32,000 nucleotides of DNA, from assembly GCF_000018465.1 (NCBI RefSeq), contig NC_010085.1, forward strand, positions 270,001-302,000, in the 5' to 3' direction. Made by a program: the position numbers and the translations under genes. Of the stretch, positions 17,948 to 24,183 are shown piece by piece. Under the pieces are notes generated by a model that had not been told where the DNA came from, made no database searches, and saw nothing but the letters and a program-made list of their open reading frames with translations. This stretch comes from Nitrosopumilus maritimus SCM1 (GTDB taxonomy: Archaea > Thermoproteota > Nitrososphaeria > Nitrososphaerales > Nitrosopumilaceae). Positions within the stretch are counted from its first letter, which is position 1. Every line of letters begins with the position of its first letter.

Positions 17948-17961
17948 AAAGTTATAACTTT
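17948..17961 (+). promoter_or_regulatory. perfect 14-bp palindrome AAAGTTATAACTTT overlapping the TATA-like core of the wHTH gene promoter
   Basis: AAAGTTA|TAACTTT is exactly self-complementary. Its centre is 29.5 nt upstream of the ATG at 17984, and the TTATAA core is TATA-like. Confidence 0.45.
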
Positions 17962-17983
17962 CAATATTCTCATCTCTATTGAA

Positions 17984-18292
17984 ATGGCAGATACTTTTGA
18001 TCGCGAAAAAGTTGTAGATTGCATGTTTGATCCTGTGACATCTTCAATTTTAGCAGAATTAGAAGACGGTGAAAAAACATGTTCATCTTTGGCACAACAA
18101 GCATCTATTTCTGAATCTGAGGTTTTGGAAAGACTGTCTTATTTGATAGAACATGAATTTATCATAAAAAATACTGATGGTGAAACTACTCTTTCTGCAA
18201 ATTCTGAAAAACTTAGTAGTATCGTTGAGAGTGGAGATAACTTTGATGAAACCATTAGCAGTCTTGAAAAAATGGATAGTTATCTAAACTGA
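17984..18292 (+). CDS. small winged-helix (ArsR/TrmB-like) transcriptional regulator
   Basis: 102 aa. SSILAELEDGEKTCSSLAQQASISESEVLERLSYLIEHEFIIKNTDG has helix-turn-helix plus wing spacing. By-eye call. Confidence 0.6.
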   Translation: MADTFDREKVVDCMFDPVTSSILAELEDGEKTCSSLAQQASISESEVLERLSYLIEHEFIIKNTDGETTLSANSEKLSSIVESGDNFDETISSLEKMDSYLN

Positions 18293-18787
18293 TTTTTTCT
18301 TACTTTTAATTTTGTAAATACCAGAACCTACCAATCCAACCATTCCAATTATCAAAATATATGCTGAAACAAAACTAAGTGATTTCTTTCCAGCATCTGG
18401 AAGTGGTCCTATTGCACCAAATACTTGAATATCTTCATTTGAATCAGTTTGAATGATTAATTTGTAAGATCCTGTGTCCGTAATGTCAAATTCTTCTTCA
18501 ATAGTTTCTTCATCTACATTTTTTGATACTATTTCATTACCAAACGGATCTAAAATTTTGGCTGAAACTGTATTCTCCTTAAACTCCATTACTTGTACTG
18601 CAAAAACCCCTGTGGCAGATTCTTCTGAATTAAATTCTCCTGAAATAGTCAGATCTTGACTTGAATTGATTTTCCCATTACCTTGGAAAACACCTTCTAG
18701 AATTACCTGGTTTCCAGCTGCAAGCAAAATTAATCCAACCACAATTAATGTGCCTGAAACAACTAGGATGATTCCAGCCTTTTCCAT
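18284..18787 (-). CDS. membrane protein with N- and C-terminal TM helices flanking an extracytoplasmic beta-rich domain
   Basis: 167 aa. TM1 is GIILVVSGTLIVVGLILLAAG and TM2 is FVSAYILIIGMVGLVGSGIY, followed by a KIKSKKKSV tail. The central domain contains ..ILDPFGNEIV...GSYKLIIQ. Confidence 0.7.
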   Translation of the reverse strand: MEKAGIILVVSGTLIVVGLILLAAGNQVILEGVFQGNGKINSSQDLTISGEFNSEESATGVFAVQVMEFKENTVSAKILDPFGNEIVSKNVDEETIEEEFDITDTGSYKLIIQTDSNEDIQVFGAIGPLPDAGKKSLSFVSAYILIIGMVGLVGSGIYKIKSKKKSV

Positions 18788-18808
18788 ATTTTTGGCACCT
18801 TTTTCTTT

Positions 18809-18816
18809 ACTTTAAA
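18809..18816 (-). promoter_or_regulatory. TATA-like box (TTTAAAGT) for the 167-aa membrane protein gene
   Basis: Centred about 25.5 nt upstream of the ATG at 18787. Confidence 0.4.
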
Positions 18817-18838
18817 CCTAATTTTTCTAATTTCAAAA

Positions 18839-18892
18839 TTTAGCCCTGTTTAACAAAGTTAGATTGGGCTAAGAAAGTTAGCTTAGGTTAAA
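18839..18892. promoter_or_regulatory. cluster of TTAG/CTAA symmetry elements (candidate metalloregulator operator)
   Basis: Inverted repeat TTAGCCC (18840-18846) / GGGCTAA (18866-18872). Palindrome GCTAA-N5-TTAGC (18868-18882). Direct repeat AAAGTTAG at 18855-18862 and 18874-18881. Pentamer run TTAGC-TTAGG-TTAAA (18878-18892). The cluster directly abuts the TATA box at 18893. Confidence 0.45.
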
Positions 18893-18900
18893 TTTAAATA
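18893..18900 (+). promoter_or_regulatory. TATA box (TTTAAATA) for the metal ABC transporter operon
   Basis: Matches the archaeal TTTAWATA consensus. Centred 29.5 nt upstream of the ATG at 18926. Confidence 0.5.
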
Positions 18901-18925
18901 AACTTTTCACAACTTCTTTTTAGAA

Positions 18926-19897
18926 ATGAAAAAACCGATCATTATTACAACTGTAGTAATTGCAGCAATAATTGCAGGATTGTCATCTACTGTTTTTACT
19001 CAAAACAACAGTTCTGATGAAATTATTCTTAGTGATGCAGAACAATCTGCTGGCAATACTGAAACAATTATGGTTACAACTACCACCAATGTTGTAACCG
19101 ATCTTGTTGAAAATATTGGTGGAGACAATGTGTCGGTTACCGGATTAATGGGACCTGGCGTGGATCCTCATTTGTATCGTCCCAGCGCAAATGATGTAAA
19201 AAAACTTCAGGATGCTGATATTGTATTTTACAATGGTTTAGACTTGGAAGGAAAAATGGGTGACATATTTGTAAAAATAGGACGAGAAGGAACAGCAGTG
19301 TGGGCTGTATCTGAAAATATTTCCCATGAATCACTCTTGAGTCTTGATAATACAGGTCATTTTGATCCCCATATTTGGTGGGATGCAGAATTGTGGATGG
19401 AGGCAGCTAAAGTTGTTGCAACTGGATTAAGTGAATATGATCCAGAAAATTCCCAAGCATATGAAAAAAATCTTCAAGAGTATTTGACACAATTAGAAGA
19501 ACTTGATCAAGATAGTTTAGAGAAGATGAATTCTATTTCCCAAGGACAACGAGTTCTTGTAACTGCTCATGATGCCTTTCAGTATTTTGGTCATGCTTAT
19601 GGTTTAGAGGAGATGGCAATTCAGGGATGGAGCACTGATAGTGAAGCTGGAATAAGAGAGATTCAAAATTTAGCTGATGAAATATCTGAGAGAAAGATAA
19701 AAGCCGTATTTGTAGAAACTACTATTTCTCCTGCCACAATTGAGGCTTTGACTGCTGCAGTTCAGGATAAAGGACATGATGTTGTGATTGGTGGCAAATT
19801 ATTCTCAGATGCCATAGGTGAAAAGGGAACTAGTGAAGGAACCTATGTTGGAGCTTTTACACACAATGTTGAGACAATTGTGAATGCATTGAAATGA
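18926..19897 (+). CDS. metal ABC transporter substrate-binding protein (cluster A-I, TroA/ZnuA/PsaA-like)
   Basis: 323 aa. N-terminal signal/anchor (IIITTVVIAAIIAGLSS). Metal-ligand motifs GVDPHLY, FDPHIWWD, VTAHDAFQYF and LFSDAIG give a His/His/His/Asp pattern as in TroA. No His-rich loop. Confidence 0.85.
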   Translation: MKKPIIITTVVIAAIIAGLSSTVFTQNNSSDEIILSDAEQSAGNTETIMVTTTTNVVTDLVENIGGDNVSVTGLMGPGVDPHLYRPSANDVKKLQDADIVFYNGLDLEGKMGDIFVKIGREGTAVWAVSENISHESLLSLDNTGHFDPHIWWDAELWMEAAKVVATGLSEYDPENSQAYEKNLQEYLTQLEELDQDSLEKMNSISQGQRVLVTAHDAFQYFGHAYGLEEMAIQGWSTDSEAGIREIQNLADEISERKIKAVFVETTISPATIEALTAAVQDKGHDVVIGGKLFSDAIGEKGTSEGTYVGAFTHNVETIVNALK

Positions 19898-20664
19898 TGG
19901 AGCAAAAATCGGTTCGAAGAAACATGAATGACGAACAAACATTTCCAATTGAAATCAAACATCTTTCTGTTACCTATCGTACTGAACCTGCATTATGGAA
20001 TTTAGATCTAAATCTACCTGAAGGACAATTAATTGCAATTGTTGGTCCAAATGGTGCAGGTAAATCTACTTTGATAAAAGCAGTAATGGGATTGGTTCCA
20101 ATCACTGCAGGCAAAGTAAGCATTTATGGAAAACAATATTCAAAACAAAGAAGCAAAGTGGCGTATGTTCCACAACGTGGAACTGTTGATTGGGATTTCC
20201 CTACTGATGCATTAGATGTTGTAGAGATGGGGCTTTATGGAAAACTTGGATGGTTACGTCGTCCTAATTCTCAAACAAAAGAGAAAGCAAGAGAATGTTT
20301 GGAAAAAGTTGGGTTAAAGGATTATGCAGATAGACAAATTGGTCAGTTGTCTGGAGGCCAACAACAAAGAGTATTCCTTGCAAGAGCTTTGGCCCAGGAT
20401 CCTCAAATTTATCTTATGGATGAGCCATTAAACGGAGTTGATGCAATTACAGAAGAGACAATACTCTCAATTCTTGAGGATCTAAAAAAAGAAGGAAAGA
20501 CAATTGTGATGGTTCATCATGATCTGCAAACTGTGGACAAGTATTTTGATTGGGTTGTAATGCTAAATAGGAATCTGATATCTGCTGGACCAATAAAAGA
20601 AGTATTTACAAAAGAAAATTTGGATATTGCGTATCAAGAAAAACAACGCATGTCTATTCAATAA
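19894..20664 (+). CDS. metal ABC transporter ATP-binding protein (TroB/ZnuC-like)
   Basis: 256 aa. Walker A GPNGAGKST, signature LSGGQQQR, Walker B IYLMDEP and H-loop VHHD. ATGA overlap with the upstream gene. Confidence 0.9.
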   Translation: MMEQKSVRRNMNDEQTFPIEIKHLSVTYRTEPALWNLDLNLPEGQLIAIVGPNGAGKSTLIKAVMGLVPITAGKVSIYGKQYSKQRSKVAYVPQRGTVDWDFPTDALDVVEMGLYGKLGWLRRPNSQTKEKARECLEKVGLKDYADRQIGQLSGGQQQRVFLARALAQDPQIYLMDEPLNGVDAITEETILSILEDLKKEGKTIVMVHHDLQTVDKYFDWVVMLNRNLISAGPIKEVFTKENLDIAYQEKQRMSIQ

Positions 20665-20679
20665 CATAAAAGATGTAGA

Positions 20680-21624
20680 ATGGTTTTAGAAGAAATACTG
20701 ACTATCTTTGTAGGGATTTTTACTGATTATACTCTCAGGTATGTTGCTCTTGGTTCTGCTATTTTAGGAATAACTAGTGGTGCTTTGGGATGTTTTACTG
20801 TTCTACGAAAACAGAGCTTGTTTGGGGATGCTTTAGCTCATGCTGCATTACCAGGTATTGGATTTGCGTATCTTTTTGCTGGAACAAAAGATTCACTGCT
20901 CTTGATGTTGGGAGCTGCAGTGTTTGCATGGTTTGGTGGAATTGTTACATTGACAATTACAAGTACTACAAGAATAAAGCAAGATGCAGCACTTGGAATA
21001 ACCCTCTCAGTTTTTTTCGGTCTTGGAATTGTTCTTCTTACATACTTGCAGAGTATTGGAGGTGCAAGTCAAGGTGGATTGGATAGATTTCTTTTTGGAC
21101 AAGCAGCTGCTTTGATAGAAACAGATATCATAAATCTAGGAATTTTGGCAGCAGGATGTTTTGTAGTTCTGATAATATTTTTCAAAGAGCTAAAAATTGC
21201 AACATTTGATAGTGTATTTGGACAAAGTTTAGGTTTTCCAACAAAATACTTTAGTGCATTATTAACATCTGTAATAGTTGTAGCAGTTGTTATTGGTCTG
21301 CATACTGTTGGTGTAGTCTTAATGGTTTCAATGCTTATAGCTCCTGCGGCTGCAGCAAGGCAATGGATATCTAGTTTGAAAAGTATGTTGATTCTTTCTG
21401 CTATATTTGGAGGTGTAAGTGGTGTGATTGGTTCTATGATTAGTAGTACTACAGAAGGAATGTCTACAGGCCCTGTTATTGTAATTACAATTACTACCAT
21501 ATTGGGCATCTCTCTTTTCTTTTCTCCAAAAAATGGATATCTTTTCCAATACATCCGTAAGAGAAAACAGCGTCAAAGTAACTTTAATGAAATCAATACT
21601 ATTTCAGGAGAAAACTCAAATTGA
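20680..21624 (+). CDS. metal ABC transporter permease (ABC-3 family, TroC/ZnuB-like)
   Basis: 314 aa, polytopic. GDALAHAALPGIG and LIAPAAAAR motifs typical of ABC-3 permeases. Confidence 0.85.
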   Translation: MVLEEILTIFVGIFTDYTLRYVALGSAILGITSGALGCFTVLRKQSLFGDALAHAALPGIGFAYLFAGTKDSLLLMLGAAVFAWFGGIVTLTITSTTRIKQDAALGITLSVFFGLGIVLLTYLQSIGGASQGGLDRFLFGQAAALIETDIINLGILAAGCFVVLIIFFKELKIATFDSVFGQSLGFPTKYFSALLTSVIVVAVVIGLHTVGVVLMVSMLIAPAAAARQWISSLKSMLILSAIFGGVSGVIGSMISSTTEGMSTGPVIVITITTILGISLFFSPKNGYLFQYIRKRKQRQSNFNEINTISGENSN

Positions 21625-22727
21625 TAGAGATATCTAATGATCTAATTATTATTGGAACTGCTGTACTAGTTGCAGCAAATTGTGCATCAATTGGAACTTT
21701 CTTAGTTTTAAGACAAATGGCCATGATGTCTGATGCCATTAGTCATGCTGTATTATTAGGAATAGTAATTGCCGTGTTTATGGTTGGAGGTCGAGAAACT
21801 ATTCCCGTAATAGTTGGAGGTGTACTGTCTGGTATCTTGACTGTTTCAATTGTAGAGATGCTTTATCGTACAGGTAAACTAAAACAAGACAGTTCCATTG
21901 GCATCGTCTTTCCATTTCTTTTTGCAATTGGTGTGATACTTGTCACACAAGCTGGTAATGTACACATTGATGCACAACATGTACTGTATGGTTCAATTGA
22001 ATTTGTACCATTTGACACACTATATCTTGATGAAATTAACATAGGTTCAAAATCTCTTTGGGTTCTTGGCGTTTTAGCAATTGCAAATATTTCTTTTATT
22101 GCAATTCTATACAAGGAACTAAAAATTAGCACTTTTGATGCTTCAGTTGCAGTAAGTGTTGGATTGATGCCCATGTTGATTCATTATTTGTTAATGATAA
22201 TGGTAGCTACAACTGCTGTTGTTGCTTTTGAATCAGTTGGTGCAATACTTGTCATTGCATTTTTCATAGTTCCTGCGTCTGGAGCTTATCTGTTAACCGA
22301 TAGATTATCTCATATGATAGCACTATCTGTAACACTGGGAACTATTAGTGCTATTGCAGGTTATCTGTTTGCAGTCTTACTTGATGTGTCGATAGCAGGC
22401 TCAATGGCCACAATTGCTGGTGCCATATTTGGATTAATCTGGGTATTTGCACCAAATCGAGGCTTGATTAGCAGATGGAGACGTATTACAAAACAAAGAT
22501 TCGAAATAGATTTGGGAATAGTTCTAACTTTCATTCAAGATGAGCTTAGCGCTAATCGTCAAGTATCCACTTCAACTTTATCGAATGCATTAGGGTGGAC
22601 AATAGATTACTCGAAAAAACTAAGTGAATTTATTCAAGAAAAAAAATTTATAGAAAAAGATGTTAGTGGAAATCTAATTCTAACAGTACTAGGACAAAAA
22701 AAGGCAAAGAACTACTCAACAACTTGA
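21621..22727 (+). CDS. metal ABC transporter permease (ABC-3 family, TroD-like) with ~75-aa C-terminal winged-helix-like extension
   Basis: 368 aa. TTG start in a TTGA overlap with the previous stop; the next ATG would delete TM1. SDAISHAVLLGI and FFIVPASGAY motifs. The tail after residue ~290 is soluble and HTH-like. Confidence 0.85.
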   Translation: MIEISNDLIIIGTAVLVAANCASIGTFLVLRQMAMMSDAISHAVLLGIVIAVFMVGGRETIPVIVGGVLSGILTVSIVEMLYRTGKLKQDSSIGIVFPFLFAIGVILVTQAGNVHIDAQHVLYGSIEFVPFDTLYLDEINIGSKSLWVLGVLAIANISFIAILYKELKISTFDASVAVSVGLMPMLIHYLLMIMVATTAVVAFESVGAILVIAFFIVPASGAYLLTDRLSHMIALSVTLGTISAIAGYLFAVLLDVSIAGSMATIAGAIFGLIWVFAPNRGLISRWRRITKQRFEIDLGIVLTFIQDELSANRQVSTSTLSNALGWTIDYSKKLSEFIQEKKFIEKDVSGNLILTVLGQKKAKNYSTT

Positions 22728-22744
22728 TATGATCTCTAGGTTTT

Positions 22745-24097
22745 TTATTCTGGTTCTGGATGAATTGTAATTACCGCATTTTTGATTTCTTCTCTTATAA
22801 TATGCTCAATCTCTGATGTCAAGTCGTGAACCTTTTCAATTGATAGTTCCTTATCAAATGAACAATCAATGTCAATTTTGAGTATATTTTTAAAGTTTAG
22901 TGAGACTATTCTTCCAATTTTCTTAATTTCAGAATATTTCTCTAAAATTATCTTTATTTTTTCCTCAGTAATTTTGTCTTCTAGATCAAAATTTTCTGGA
23001 ACTGTAACAAATGGTTCCAAGTGAATTGTGGCGTGTTCTATTTCTGGAATATTTTCTTGTATTTTCTGTTCTATAATTTCAGAGATTTTGTGAGCTAATG
23101 ATAGATTTATCTCTCTATCAACCATTACATGCAAATCTGAAAATGTTCTTCCTTTAGTTTTATGAGTACTTACATTGTGCACCCCTCTTACTCCTTCTAC
23201 ACTTTTTGCAATATCTAGAATTTTTGCATCTAATGGAACATCTTCCCAATTGGGCTCAAAATGGATTGTAATTGAAGCATTTGGAATTTTATTTTTGATA
23301 TTTTTTTCTACATTACTGCTTATCTCATGCGCTCTATCAAAACTTGTGTCTCCTCTTAATGATATTGTAACATCTGCAAAAGTTGTATCTCCCGAACGTC
23401 TCATTAGTATTGGATCTGCACCAATAACTCCTTGAGTTGATGTGGCAATGTCTCTAACATTTTTGACAAGTTCTGGTGAAATAATATCTGTTAAATCAAG
23501 AGCTGTTTTGTAAACTAGTTTGACACTAAGTACTGCTAATAATCCACCTAAAATTAATGCTGCAAAAAAGTCACCATGATACAAACCATAAGACACCAAA
23601 ACAATTCCAATAATTGCTACTAGTGTTGAACCAAGATCCATAAATGCATGATAGAAATCTGCTTTGAGAGTAGTACCTCCTATTTTTTGGATTGATCTTC
23701 TCAAAAGAATTATTCTAAATATGTCGACTCCTATTGTGTATAATCCGCCAATTATTGCAAACATTCCTGGTAGTATGTTTGGTGGTGGACTTTGAATTCT
23801 GTGAATTGACTCGTAAATGAAAAAACATGCAATCAGAAAAATTGCTATTCCTCCAATTAATCCCCCTAATGATTCAATTTTTCCATGGCCATAGGTATGT
23901 TCTGCATCTGGTGGTTTTATTGCCATTCTTGCAGCTAAAAGTAACACAAGAGTTACTACACTGTCAAGTAATGCATGAATACTGTCTGTGATAAGTGCCA
24001 AACTATTGGAAACAAGACCGAAAACCAATTCTACTAAAAATGCTGAAAAAATAGCCAAAAGTGAAATCTGTAATACCTTGGTTCTTTGTACAAACAT
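22745..24097 (-). CDS. cation diffusion facilitator (CDF) family metal efflux transporter with triplicated cytoplasmic domain
   Basis: 450 aa. TM2 ITDSIHALLD and TM5 FYHAFMDLG give an H-D/H-D site-A quartet. Three consecutive ~75-aa units end in ITIHFEP, ATIHLEP and ITIHPEP. Confidence 0.88.
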   Translation of the reverse strand: MFVQRTKVLQISLLAIFSAFLVELVFGLVSNSLALITDSIHALLDSVVTLVLLLAARMAIKPPDAEHTYGHGKIESLGGLIGGIAIFLIACFFIYESIHRIQSPPPNILPGMFAIIGGLYTIGVDIFRIILLRRSIQKIGGTTLKADFYHAFMDLGSTLVAIIGIVLVSYGLYHGDFFAALILGGLLAVLSVKLVYKTALDLTDIISPELVKNVRDIATSTQGVIGADPILMRRSGDTTFADVTISLRGDTSFDRAHEISSNVEKNIKNKIPNASITIHFEPNWEDVPLDAKILDIAKSVEGVRGVHNVSTHKTKGRTFSDLHVMVDREINLSLAHKISEIIEQKIQENIPEIEHATIHLEPFVTVPENFDLEDKITEEKIKIILEKYSEIKKIGRIVSLNFKNILKIDIDCSFDKELSIEKVHDLTSEIEHIIREEIKNAVITIHPEPE

Positions 24098-24183
24098 CTT
24101 ATTTTCTAATAATCTATATCACGTATTACAAGTTTCTAAGTAGGAATCATACGATAACGTTATTTGGAAAGAGACTTCATTTT

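Noticed and set aside
20790-21576. ORFs 20790-21086 (+), 21069-21554 (-) and 21328-21576 (-) inside the first permease gene
   Set aside because: They are out-of-frame or antisense shadows of a polytopic ABC-3 permease with recognisable motifs. Their sequences are Cys/Trp/Arg-rich with no signal of real coding.
24061-24183. GTG start at 24061 for the giant surface protein (ORF-track start)
   Set aside because: It would overlap the divergent CDF gene's first 37 nt. It would also add an implausible Tyr/Phe/Ile-rich 41-aa leader ahead of a perfectly good signal peptide that begins at the TTG codons 24184/24190.
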